Below are positions 31,101-45,500 of a stretch of DNA of 64,000 bases, piece after piece. The DNA comes from Tubiluchus corallicola. Lineage: Eukaryota > Animalia > Priapulida. The notes below the pieces were generated by a model. That model did no database searches. It saw only the letters and a list, made by a program, of their open reading frames with translations, and was not told the origin of the DNA. How positions within the stretch are numbered: position 1 is the stretch's first letter; each line of letters begins with the position of its first letter. The DNA is taken from the NCBI GenBank assembly GCA_030141605.1, contig JAQGDQ010000567.1:53349-117348 (forward strand), read 5' to 3'. The translations under genes were made by a program, and so were the position numbers.

Positions 31101-34100
31101 CATCACAGCCCTGTAGTACAATATTAATAATAACACACAAAAGGCACATACTATGGTCAGTCAGTTCTTGCGCTTTATTTTTCTGTCAACTCAAATTTAA
31201 CATATGTGATGTTTATTCCGTTGTAATTTATTCTTAACATTAAAATAAAAATTGTACATAATTGAGTGCATCAGCTGAAGATATTCATATTTATGTTATT
31301 TGATACAGTATTGAAATTGTGCTTGTTCTGTCTCTTCATGCTTTTGTTCTACACAGGGTACAAGCCGTTCAAAATGACTCATGCATCCGATAATTTTGAC
31401 CAACTTTACAAGTGGGCCGTGCAGCTGATCAAGTGTGGAAAGGCTTACGTTTGTCACCAGTCAGCCGACGAAATGAAAGGATTCAACCCTACTCCTTCTC
31501 CCTGGAGGGATCGTCCTATTGCAGAATCGTTGAAGTTATTCGAGGTAAATTTTCTGTTTATCAGCACAAATCATGTTTTCGCTTCTGTTATTTAAATGCA
31601 TTTAATTTGAAGGTAAAGCTTGGAATCAGTTTCTAAAGTTTAGTAGCATCGGATCTAAGTAGTACTGAGATGGGTGACCGCAAAAGAATGTGTAGTCAGG
31701 GAAGCTTTGGAACATTGATGAGTTTTTTGCTTTTTGAAATAGTAATTCCAAAGCTGTTACAGAATAACCTAATTTCGCAAAGTGTATTAGAAGAATATGG
31801 CACTGTAATGGCTGTTTATAGATAACTTAGTCATGACTTATGATTCAACACGCTTAGTGTACTGACAATTGTAGCAGAAATTTATCTTAACTGAATGACA
31901 GCTAGTCCATTCTGATAGGGAATTATGCTATGAAGTTATAGGACTAGTGGCATATCCATACGCATTGTAAAACACCCCTTTATAAACTACTATGGTACAC
32001 CTTTTCTTCAAATAGCTAAAATTATTCATAGTTCTTCTAGTTTCCAATGATGTATTTAGTAAAGTTAAATGCGTTTGAGTCTGATGATTGCTTAGAAGAG
32101 GATTTCAAGTCAAAAATTTTGTTTAGAAGTGGAACCTAAGTTCATCATCATCATCATCATACGCCTGTAATCTGTAATATACACTAGGGATGAGCATTGA
32201 ATGCTCCAATCCGATTTGAATGCATTTCTTCAATTCGAATTCGATTCTTACCTAGAATTATAGATTCGAATAATTCAGCACTTCAACCACATACGTTCTT
32301 TTGTCATCAAAATAATTTTGAACATCACACAATCAGTGCAATTTAGTACCGATTTTTAAATTAATTATTAGTGGTTGTATTGCAGAACAAAATCGAGTAA
32401 TATGCATGATCTTTGTAAAGCCACTTGTTATTGAGAGTTTGCAAATTTGTTCAAAAATCTTTCATACTGAATTCGAATTGAATTCGAAATACTGAAATTC
32501 GGTTGATTTGAATTCGAAATACTGAAATTCGGTTGATTTGAATTCGAAATACTGAAATTCGGTTGATTCGAATTCGAAACACTGAAATTCGGTTGATTCG
32601 AATTCAAAATACTGAAATTCGGTTGATTTGAATTCGAAATACTGAAATTTGTCTTGATTCAAATAAAAAAATCACAAATTTGATTCAATTCGAATTCGAT
32701 TTCTGGTAGAGAATGCTCACTTCTCATATACGCTAACATTCGCGATTTTTAAATATTGTTACAGAGGCACCTGTGTGTCGGGTCAGGTGTAGGGCCCTCT
32801 ACACACTCTGCTTCCACGTCAGCAGCGACTCACCCCTTTCTTGTAGGTCCAGACGTCTTGTTTGGGCCTACACGTGGTGCGAGAAGCCAGCTGACCTGGA
32901 ATGCCAGTATAAAAGCGTGTAGAGGTCACTACAGCCTGGATTTCTGACACAGGTGCTCCTCGGGTGTAGTGCTGTTACTGAGTTAGTTAGTTATCTTTTT
33001 TGCACACGTGTATTTTGTTCCCTATTTTTATTAATGCTGTTAATAAACTCCATACAGTGTAGTTTTTGTGTATTTTATTTTATGAGAGTTAAATGACATG
33101 TTATAACAGGTATATGGTACTAGTTTACAGACATTAACTTTGTTAATTAGCGTAACATTTGTAATTAAAATTGACTTTTATAGTTAAGTAATCATTTACA
33201 CAACGATAGTAAAATGGATCTTCATGATGCGCAATATCAAGACCGCCATGCCATCTTGGAGTTCGACCCCCTGAGTCGAATTCAGTCCAATATCAAGACC
33301 GCCATGCCATCTTGGAGTTTGACCCCCTGAGTCGAATTCAGTCCAATATCAAGACCGCCATGCTATCTTGGAGTTCGACCCCCTGAGTCGAATTCAGTCC
33401 AACATCAAGACCGCTATGCCATCTTGGAGTTTGACCCCCTTGGTCGAATTCAGTCCAATATCAAGACCGCCATGCCATCTTGGAGTTTGACTCCCTGAGT
33501 CGAATTCAGTCCAATATCAAGACCGCCACGCGATCTTGGAGTTCGACCCCCTGAGTCGAATTCAGTCCAATATCAAGACCGCCATGCCTTCTTGGAGTTC
33601 GACCCCCTGGGTCGAATTCTGTCCAATATCAAGACCGCCATGCCATCTTGGAGTTTGACCCCCTGAATCGAATTCAGTCCAATATCAAGACCGCCATGCC
33701 ATCTTGGAGTTCGACCCCCTGAGTCGAATTCAGTCCAATATCAAGACCGCCATGCCATCATGGAGTTTGACCCCCTGAGTCGAATTCAGTCCAATATCAA
33801 GACCGCTATGCCATCTTGGAGTTCGACCCCCCGGGTCGAATTCAGTCCAACATCAAGACCGCTATGCCATCTTGGAGTTCGACCCCTGGGTCGAATTCAG
33901 TCCAATATCAAGACTGCCATGCCATCTTGGAGTTCGACCCCCTGGGTCGAATTCAGTCCAATATCAAGACCGCCATGCGATCTTGGAGTTCGACCCCCTG
34001 AGTCGAATTCAGTCCAATATCAAGACCGCCATGCCTTCTTGGAGTTCGACCCCCTGAGTCGAATTCAGTTCAATATCAAGACCGCTATGCCATCTTGGAG

Positions 34101-35860
34101 TTCGACCCCCTGGGTCGAATTCAGTCCAATATCAAGACCGCCATGCCATCTTGGAGTTTGACCCCCTGAATCGAATTCAGTCCAATATCAAGACCGCCAT
34201 GCCATATTGGAGTTCGACCCCCTGAGTCGAATTCAGTCCAATATCAAGACCGCTATGCCATCTTGGAGTTCGACCCCCGGGTCGAATTCAGTCCAATATC
34301 AAGACCGCCATGCCATCTTGGAGTTTGACTCCCTGAGTCGAATTCAGTCCAATATTATACTATTTTCTATATTTTCTCAGGACATGAGAGACGGACTGAT
34401 GGATGAAGGAACTGCCACATTACGTATGAAGACGACTCTAGAAGAAGGAAAGGTGGATCCGGTAGCTTACAGGATCAAATTTACGCCGCATCACCAGGCG
34501 GGCGACAGTTGGTGCATCTATCCAACCTACGACTACACGCACTGTCTCTGCGATTCTTTAGAGAATATCACACATTCACTTTGTACAAAGGAATTCCAGT
34601 CAAGGTATTCAGGCATTTAGTGAGTAGAATGCTGCAGGTACACAGGTTTCTTGAACAAATTTAACTCGTGATTTGTTCAAGAGGTCACGCCTGCTAAATA
34701 AATTACGGTGGTGCATTTACCGTGGTGCTGGCTCTTTATGACTGCACCACAAGTAAGCTCATCTACACACTTAGTAGCACCAGATGTGCCCATTATTTAT
34801 TAATTACATTTATGTATTATAAGCTTATCAACATTTGACAGTACTTAAAAAAACAGAATAATTTTTCATATATTCCACTTTGAAGTATGGTAAAAAGTAT
34901 ACATTTTAACATCTATAATAATGCCAAAGTGTTTCTGATAATTAAATAATGTTTAAAAACTTAATTAGCAACCCGGGAGCCCAGTTAATGATGATGTCAT
35001 AACTGAACATAATTTTCAACAGCACATACATACCAAGAGCGCGTTGCACATGTTTGCAAAAGTGGAAATTGAATATACAATGTTGCTGTACAATATCTCT
35101 ACAAATGATACACAAATCTCTACAATTTTAAGTTTCAAAATTTAGAAGTCAAGTTTAGCGCTGTATTAAGATATCCAACATGTGCGATACATCACAACTG
35201 AACACATTTGAACTGCGAGGTGCCGCGCATTACCAAAGTGTAGGCGCTAGTGTTAATCTAATTAGCAAATAGCAAAATGCATGCAACAGCTCAGTACTAT
35301 ACATGTGAAGGTTTCTTTCTTATCATTTATTCTTAAAAAACAATGTGTTCCGCCTTTCAATATTTAATACATTAGGTTGTCTTCAGCTATAGTTTAGGAA
35401 TCAGTCCAGCTTTCTTTTAATTATTATTTTTATATATTTCTTTATTGTAATCATTTTAAGGCGTTCATCGTATTATTGGCTTTGCAATGCGTTGGAAACT
35501 TACTGTCCAGTACAGTGGGAATATGGACGACTAAACATGAACTACACCGTCGTGAGCAAACGCAAAATAGCCAAACTCATTTCGGAGGGGATCGTCAGGT
35601 AACAAAATAACATTAAATACATCCTCATTTTTCGTAAACTATTCTTATATATATATATATATTCTTGTATATTTTGACTCTTGTAGAAAGTGCTCTTATG
35701 TATTACTATAACTGAAATATTTAATCAGGGTCTTTCTGAAAATACACTGATATGTTTACTGCCTTAATTCAGAAGTATAATGTTACATTGAGGAAAAAAC
35801 ATGCATAATTTAATTCCATCATATATTATGAATAATAACAATATTCTTAATATTCTTCTT

Positions 35861-35923
<63 letters not shown>

Positions 35924-36397
35924 AATATAATAATATTCGTTTCTTCTCCTCTTTTCCGTCTTCCTATCCCTAATCTTACTATTTTTTCCATTCCACCATG
36001 TCTACTAACCCTAACCATTCTTTCATTCACTCATCCTCCCCTCTCTTCCTTCTTCCTATCCCTAATCTTATTATTTTTTCCATTTCATCATTTCTTCTGA
36101 TCCTAACCATTCTTTCATTCACTCATCCTCCCCTCCCTGCCTTCTTCCTATCCCTAATCTTTCTATTTTTTTCCATTCCATCATGTCTACTAACCCTAAC
36201 CATTCTTTAATTCACTCATTTCTGCCACCTAAACAAGCCAAGCTTTCAAGGTGTCATACAGCAACTCTTTTATTTGGTTAATTTGACTTCATCAACGTTT
36301 TTTTACCTATACTGTTTCTTTTTGTTTCAATAATATTGTACGTTGATGTATTGTATATGTATTGCTGGAGTGAAATAAATTGATTGATTATTGTTAC

Positions 36398-36442
<45 letters not shown>

Positions 36443-36448
36443 TACTAC

Positions 36449-36500
<52 letters not shown>

Positions 36501-39500
36501 ACTGTAATCATTTAACAAAAGTATGTTCTCTTCAAATGCTTATTGGAGATTATGTTTGTGATGGCTGTGACTTTTGTGACTTTGAAAGTCTTGACTTGAC
36601 ATGATCAGTCGTCTGCGTTTCTTACATGCAGCGACAGAATTGTAGCAATTTTAAGAGCGTAAAGTGTAACATTATATTGATTTTATACTTTATTAAGTGC
36701 ACCCTGCTTTTAATGCATATGGACAGTTACTCTACAGAGAAAGGCATCCCGGCTAACTAACTTTTAAGCACTAAATTCACTTTTGCAGCTAAATATCGTG
36801 CTGAAATTAGCCAGCCTTTTTGTTTGACTTATTAGCAGTAATTATGAACGCTTTGTTTAATTTAATTAAGCGTGGAAAGTGAAATTAGTCAGCTGATTGA
36901 CGGAAAGGTCAATTAGCGTTGTTGCTATGCTAATTTTGTAGGTAAAATGTCAGTACAAGCAAAAGAATATGGTAATCCACTTACTTGTACTTGAAGTGGT
37001 TTAAAAATGGTCAGTAGAAGAATTACGTACAAGTAGAACAGGCGCGTTTTGTTAAATCATTTATAACAGAGGTGTGCAAACTGCGGCCCGCGGGCCACTT
37101 GCGGCCTGCCGAGAGATCTTGTGCGGCCCGCAAAGAGGTTTGTCAACGGTTTGAAAGTGCGGCCCACGCGATCCAGCTTAAGTCTGCGCCAATATCGCAA
37201 AGATAGTGCGGGTAGTTTTTTCCTCTAGATCGGATGGCATTAACCCTTACAAGACCGTTGTCACTTAATGTCACTGTCGGACATGACGAAATATATGGTT
37301 TTTAACATAAATTTTAATAACTTCTAAAATAGTATCTTGAGTGCAGTAGTAATGATGTGCGCAAATCGGATGCAAAAAAATCGTTATTGGGTCCTACTGT
37401 ACTTGGCTCCTTGACCAAACTGCATGTGGCCCACAGGAATTGCACGAATGTTTAATGTGGCCCTGTTAGTCAGATAATTTGCACACCCCTGATTTATAAG
37501 TAGGCCTACGTGGTTTCTAAGATGCTTTACACTCCCTTTTTTGCCATAATATTGAATAATATGAAAACTTTGTGAACTGTTGTGATTGTGGCAGTAAGTG
37601 GAGAGCATTTTTGGGACATCCACTATTCCTTCAGCAATTTAATATAATAATTTATATAATATAATATAATATAATATAATATAATATAATATAATATAAT
37701 ATAATATAATATAATATAATATAATATAATATAATATAATATAATATAATATAATATAATATAATATAATAAATATAATATAATATAATATAATATAATA
37801 TAATATAATATAATATAATATAATATAATATAATATAATATAATATAATATAATATAATATAATATAATATAATATAATATAATATAATATAATATAATA
37901 TAATATAATATAATATAATATAAGGAAATATAATATAATTTAATATAAGGAAACAAGCTTGTTTTCGATAAAAGATGCTGCAGCGGCAGGCAGAAATTAC
38001 TTTATTAAAACATGTCTAACTGTCAAAATTTCGTTGTCATTTGTTTGTTTGTGTTTGCTGTGTTGCTAAAATTATGTACAACAAGATGCCAAACAAATTA
38101 CCAAAAACTGAGCTTGACATTTAACAAAGGCAAATTAGTGTCTGTTAATTTGAAATTTATGAGTTGATGTGACATTGACAAAATTTGCACGATCAAACCT
38201 ACTGCTGCTACTGCCACTACCACTATTACGACTACGACTACTATTGCTGCTGCTGCTGCCACTACCACTATTACGACTACGACTACTGCTGCTGTTACTG
38301 CTACTACTGCTATTGCTGCTGCTGCTGCTGCTGCTGCTGCTACTACTACTGCTACTGGTACTGCTACTGCTGCTGCTGCTACTGCTACTACTATTACTAC
38401 TACACTACTACCACTACCACTACTACCACTACTACTATCACCACCACCAACACCACCACCACCACTACTACACTACTTCCACTACCACTAATTCCACCGC
38501 CACTACCACCTCTCACTGCTGTCATCACGCCATCACTACTGCAGCAGCTACTGTGGCACCACCAAAAACAGCAAGTAAAGTGCAAGTTACAACATGGCAG
38601 TTAACAATTATAATGGATTATTATACATCATCAAACCTTTTAATAACATAATCAGAATTTACATGTTTCATATCTTGCATTAATAAGAATAGTAATATCA
38701 CATTTGACAAGTATACTATATTTGCTTGATTTCTTCAATTTCTATTTTGTTAAAACACTTTGCGTAAAATGGAACATGTCGGAGTTTAACTAAACTTGAC
38801 ATCCAATAAACCTGTTATCCTTTTTTATTCTTTTCTGTTTTCAGGAGTTGGGATGATCCAAGACTTTTTACACTCACAGCTTTACGTCGGCGCGGCATTC
38901 CTCCTCGAGCTATCAATAACTTTATTTTAAAGGTATTGAATATAAAATGATTAAAAATCAATAGAAAATTGAGAACTATTAAAAAGATGTTTTTGCATGT
39001 ACGGTTGTATGGGTGCTATGCATACCAACATAGAGTGTTCCGGGTGTTCCATTCCAAGCCCACCCGCGATAAGTGAATTTCCGCGAAGTAGGGACGCTAT
39101 ACTTATTTTAGTAGTTACACATTATTTTAAGTCTTTATAAACCCTCTCCACACTCTTATACATAACCCTTTCCCATTCCCTTAATAACTTTTCCCATACT
39201 GTACATGTCCCTTTTAAAAAACTTTACTCTAATGTTCATAAAAATGTTTTAAACTCTCAAGCATAGATACGTAATTTTGACGGAGTACCGCAAAAACCCG
39301 CGAAACAGCGAAAATACCGCGATAAATATTTTACATATTTTTTGAAAACCCGGGGAAACAGTGAGTCCGCGATAAACGCACCGCGAAGTAGCGAGGGAAC
39401 ACTGTACAGGTGTTATTGCATATTGTATGCAGCTTATACAATTTTGTATTGTCGATTAATGTTTAGATAAAAATGAGAACTAGCATTTTTGAAAGTAGTA

Positions 39501-42500
39501 ATACATTAAATTAAAAATAGAATTGTTCAGATTTTTTCAGTCCTTTCTGCGGTGCATGCTAACTAGTGAACTCTTTGCTAAAATAATGTTTTTTTGTAAT
39601 ACAGAATGAAAAATAGACTAAGGTCGTTAAACTAAGAATATTAAAGAAATGCATGTCATACAGTAGACATTGTAAACAAAATTTTTTGAACCAAAGTAAT
39701 CTCACAAAGTACAAATTCAGCATTTTCTTCAAATAATTCACATTAATTCAACAATTTTACATGCTTTGTAACTCATTACTCAAGACACTAAGTAAAAATA
39801 ATTCATAGCAGCAATTAAATCCTTCTGTCTCTGAAGACGATGGAGTGTGCCGCAAGAGAGTCAGTTATTGATCACATTGATAGAGCTGCAGCATCGACTG
39901 TGGCTGAGCAGTGCGATCCTTGAACGTCTCCAGGGCACACGCCTTGTATGGAGATCCTGAGTTGCCCAGACAACAGGAACCCCTCTCTTCCTCCCTGGTG
40001 TAGTCCAAAGGAAAGTGGAGCGATACGTTTGGCACCAGGTTGGCTGCAGGAGCTACCGGAGTCAGTGAGCATGCTGCACTGATCCGCCTTCGGGGCTCCA
40101 GCTCCTGATTTGGAAGGTTTATTCCTCTACATATGGCCGTTGGGTCACTTGACCTCCTCCGACCTCTAGCCGTTGGCTGCCTCCGCCTAGTGTCGAGATA
40201 CATGGTGGCGCAAGCCTTCAGCACCTGGTATTCCTAGGCGGTCATCCATCCAAGTACTAACCAGGCTTTACGTTGCTCAACTTCGGTGATCAGACGAGAA
40301 CCGGTGTTTTCAACTTCATATCACGCAAGACACATTAACCATTTAATGCGAGCACAAGTACCTCATTTAAACAAAGACTGGGCAAGTCAGCATTTGCTAA
40401 TAAAAATACAACTTGTTAGAAATAAGATGGCCAATAATTAGTAACCTGCTAGCCGTTGTGCACAGATCTATGGTCGTTATCTCCCGTGTTCCTTGACCGT
40501 TGAAAACCATAGCTTTACCTGAGCTAAGTATGCCACACTGAAAACTTCTCCTTCCTCCTTGCAGTGATGCAATTGTCGACGCTGTTTTATCGTCCGAAAA
40601 AGATTCTGATAAAAATGTTGGCGGAGGATCACGAGACAGTCCGCATGCTGCCCCCTGGTAGCCATCATCACATCTGTATGCAAAATATAATAAGCTCAAT
40701 CAGCTTGCATTGATTGCAGGCCAGCATTTATTTTCACTCGCGCCTTCTCTTCAGCAGCTTTTTGGGTTTTTAATTTTTTTTGCGCTACATGCATTTTGGA
40801 CTTTATATTTCTGTTGTGGATTAACTGAATTGGTAAAAATGAGCATTTGTTTGCAGCTAGGTGTCACTGGTGCTCAAATGGTTGTCGATCCGCAAATGCT
40901 AGACGCTTCAGTGCGGGATGTACTTAACACAACTGCACCGAGGTATTGCTATTTTCATAGGGGAGATCCGAGTAAAGTGGATCACTGGGCAAAGCGGATC
41001 AAATGTGTTTGCTCTTTTTTCAGTAAGGCGTCGCAGTCGTTGCAGACCGTAGTGATTTGAAGTTCGATTTTATGCAGTTGTTGAACCTAAAAGAAAAAGA
41101 TGCTAAATGAACCTTTACTTGCAAGTTTTGTAGTAAAATAACCTTTCAAACATGAATCAGTTGATAACCAGAGCCACAACCAGCTGAGTCGACTTAAGCT
41201 TGGTTCAATTCGAGTTTAATAGCGCTTCTGTGCTTCTCTATTGAGCTTTTACTTACCGATCCTTGGGAAATCTATTCACCAAGAAAGGTTAGTCTAAACA
41301 TTTCAAGAAAATGTGTTTCAGTGATATTCGTTCAGTTCAAGTGGACCACAATAATTCACATAGAGGGATGAAACTAAACCGATCCACCTTGCCCATACGT
41401 ATGATCCACTATGCCCGTAAAAGATCCACTTTGCCTTAGAAACCCTGGTTTCGTATTTCGGAATTATCTGCTAAACGAGTAATAGTAATTATAAGTTTTT
41501 ACCACATGAATATAGCAGAGCTTCCTACGGAAGAATAGGACGTGTAATCGATTGTTACAGATCAAACATCTTGAACTTTATGAGCAAAAACCCTTAAGTG
41601 ATCCTCTTTACCCGGGTCTCCCCTATTCGTGTTCACATTTTTTCGTACAAGGGATGTTTGTCATTGTTCGTAAAGCTGAATTCACATGCAAAAGTTTTTG
41701 TCCAAGATTGAAACTCGTATGCAAAGGGAATTTTTTGTCATACTGGAAAATAATACTTGTAAGTTGTAACAGTGAATGTAAGAAAATAATATTAGTAATT
41801 GTGTATGATCTTGCCAAAGCTAGTACTTTAAAAGTACGTGTTTTATATACTTCGCATTAGAGTGAGGGAGTAGTCAAGTGGCCATGGTGTGTGCTTAACT
41901 GTGAAATGTAAGCAGTGTTGATTCCAATTAGTAAATAATAATAATATTTATTTAAATTCGGCTTTTGGGTCAACAATTAACATTAGCTCAAAGAGCTATT
42001 ATCACCGACTGTAAATAACAACCTACAACTACATAACAGAGACTATTATTACCCCTCTTTTACCCTAAATACCACTCGTCAGGCAGGGCAACAGCATGTA
42101 CCATTTTTAAAGTCTTTGGTATGACCCGGCCGCTGGTTCGAACTCACGACCTTTCAGACCTAAAGCAGACGCATTACCACTAAACTAAATCGTCTGGTTA
42201 AAGGGATAGGTGGCTGACATAAACCTGCATTGCTTCGCTTTACGTACCAGACTGTCTCCGACAATTTCTCTCAACGAAAACAGCTGTACGTGCATCTATA
42301 CATGAATAAGATGGGGCTGCTAGTTCAGTGTAATGCGTTCAGTCATGAGAATTGCAGTGGCATCTGGTTACATAGTAATGGGCTTCGTCACTTAAGTACT
42401 AGTTTCTGGCTTATAATTTGCCAGACTGTGCAAAAAGAGGGTGCAACACGTACTGTCTTTAGATAAGAATTTGCGTTTAATGATAATCATTTTGCCTTGC

Positions 42501-45500
42501 AGAGTGATGTGTGTGCTGGAGCCATTGAAGGTCACCATTGAGAACTTACCATTTAAATCGGAAGTTGTAGAAGTGTCAGACTTTCCTAATGAACCCGAAA
42601 GAGGATCCCACAATGTCGTCTTTGCCAAAACTGTCTACATAGAACAATCAGATTTTAGAGAAGTATTGGATATTCTCAAATTGTACATCCATGTTATCAG
42701 TACTGCACTGTTCTGCTTTTTGTACTGTTGTTATAATTTGTCTGTTATATATTGTTATAAGTTGTTGTAATTTATTAATATGATGTAATATCGACAAACT
42801 TGAAATTAGGTTAATTATGCTTTTTGGAATTCCGCACATAAGCAGTCAATAAAATATTGCCACATTTTAGTACAGTGCAGCAATACATCAATAAAAATAA
42901 TTCGTTTAACAACAGAAATTTGTTAAAGAATAATGGAATGATTTTCCCTCAGTTAACAGTAATTTAAACGGTTTACCTAAAGCTGTTTCTCACTTCATAT
43001 TTTGTAGGTGCAGTGTAAGCCTAAAGTTAAATCGGTCACTAAGTCTAGACTTGAGACACCTACTAAAAGTAAAACAAATTATGTTTGTTAAAAGTATTCA
43101 AACTGTGCGACTTGCTTACAAAAAATTCTGTTCAGTTTACTATTTCGACATCAAAGTGTTTTCTTCGTAAATATAATTACACAGATTTAATAGTGAGTTT
43201 ACTGTATCATCAAATATGAATATAAAGTGAGCAAGCAACTATCAAAATACCATATAAAACAGGGGTGTGCAAATTACAAAGAGATTTGTCAACCTAATGA
43301 AAGTGCGGCCCGGGCGATTAATTCAGTGTATCCAGCTGAAGTCCGTGCCACGATCCCAAAGATAGTGCGGGTAGTTTTTTCTACTAGATCGGATGCCATT
43401 AATCCTTACAAGACGGTTGTAGCTTAATAACACTGTACTACACAGACGGTGTGATAAACATTACTAATATGCATTGTAACGAAATTACCACTATCTGTCC
43501 TGAAAGTAAAAGTATATGGTTTGTAATATAAATTTTAATAACTTCTAAAATAGTTTCTTGAGTGTAGTAGTGCAGTAGTAATGATGTACGCAGGTCGCAT
43601 GCAAAAAAAATCGTTATTAGGCCTTTCTGTACTTGGCTCCTTGATCAAACTGCCTGTGGCCCGCAGGAATTGCGTGAAAGTTTAATGTGGCCCGGCTAGT
43701 CAGATAATTTGCACACCCCTGATATGAAATACTGTTGATTTAACATGATCCTTGCAGCATCATGCATTCATTACTGTAGAAGTTTGAGCAAGAAATTTAA
43801 TGTAGGATATGGAAATGCTTGTATTAACAATTTTTCTTTTTTTTCCTAGAGGGGTGACAAAGATTTCAGAAGATTAACTCCCGATCAGCCCGTTGGTTTG
43901 GCACAAGTAGGCTATGTCATATCAGTAAAAAGTTTAAAAAAGGTAAGTGCGTTACTGTCATACCAAGTTACAATGTTAAGATATCGTTGCTCAGAAGAAG
44001 CTTGAGTATTATACGTCACGTCTAGTGGAACTTTCTTGTAAGAAATCAAAATGTGTGTTTAATTATACTGCATTTGGCAAACAGATTACTCCATTTCTCT
44101 ATTCATGCTTAATAGATATTGTTGGCATCCTTCTGTCTCAGAAGACAATGGAGCTGCAGCGTCGACTGTGGCTGAGCTGTGAGATCCTTGAACGTCTCCA
44201 GGGTGCACGCCTGAGCAAGGTGTATGGAGATCCTGAGTTGCCCAGACAACAGGAACCCTCTCTTCCTCGCTGGTGTAGTCCAAAGGAAGGCGGAGCGATA
44301 CGTTTGGCACCAGGTTGGCTGCAGGAGCTGCTGGAGTCAGTGAGCATGCTGCACTGGTCTGCCTTCGGGGCTCCACTCCTGATTTGGAAGGTTTACTCTA
44401 CATATGGCCATTGGGTCACTTGACCTCCTCCGCCCTCTAGCCGTTGGCTGACCTCCTCCGCATAGTGTGGGCATCCCGCAGGCCTACAGCACTTGATATT
44501 CCTAGGCGGTCACCCATCCAAGTACTGATCAGGCTCTACGTTGCTTAATTTTGGTGATCAGACGAGAACCGGTGTTTTCAACGTGATATGGCCGTAGATA
44601 TATATATATATATACATTTGTTTACTGTCTAGTGTTGTACTTGGTTTATATTCCTTCCAGGATAGTAATGGTAGTCTCATAGAAATTATAGCTAATGGCA
44701 CTCCATTGGGAGAAACTACTAAACCAAAAGCATTTATTCATTGGGTATCAAATCCTGTTAGTTGTGAAGTTCGTCTTTATGAACGACTGTAAGTATTTTT
44801 GCTACTTAAGCTCTTATCTTTTTGCATACATCATCTAGACAGTCGTGTGAATGTTTGCTACTTAAGCTCTTATCTTTTTGCAAACATCATCTAGACAGTC
44901 ATGTGAATGTTTGCTACTTAAGCTCTTACCTTTTTGCAAACATCATCTAGACAGTCGTGTGAATGTTTGCTACTTAAGCTCTTATCTTTTTGCATACATC
45001 ATCTAGACAGTCATGTGAATGTTTGCTACTTAAGCTCTTACCTTTTTGCATACATCATGTAGACAGTCGTGTGAATGTTTGCTACTTAAGCTCTTACCTT
45101 TTTGCATACATCATCTAAACAGTCATGTGAATGTTTGCTACTTAAGCTCTTACCTTTTTGCATACATCATGTAGACAGTCGTGTGAATGTTTGCTACTTA
45201 AGCTCTTATCTTTTTGCACACATCATCTAAACAGTCATGTGAATGTTTGCTACTTAAGCCCTTTTTGCATACATCATGTAGACAGTCGTGTGAATGTTTG
45301 CTACTTAAGCTCTTACCTTTTTGCACACATCATGTAGACAGTCGTGTAAATGTTTGCTACTTAAGCTCTTACCTTTTTGCATACATCATCTAGACAGTCG
45401 TGTGAATGTTCAGTGTTATTTTTTACGTGTAATTCGTTTTGTTTTTTTACTAAACCCTACCTTATTTCAGATTTTTGCATAAGTCTCCAGAAGACCCAAA

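Noticed and set aside
33232-34355. CRISPR-like array (palindromic repeated unit)
   Set aside because: Units are contiguous with no unique spacers, there are no cas genes, and the context is a eukaryotic intron. The same applies to the 107-bp and second 56-bp arrays.
44025-44423. 132-aa ORF recurring in similar form near 39865 and 53445-54119
   Set aside because: These are chance frames through the SINE3 body; the frames are not conserved between copies.
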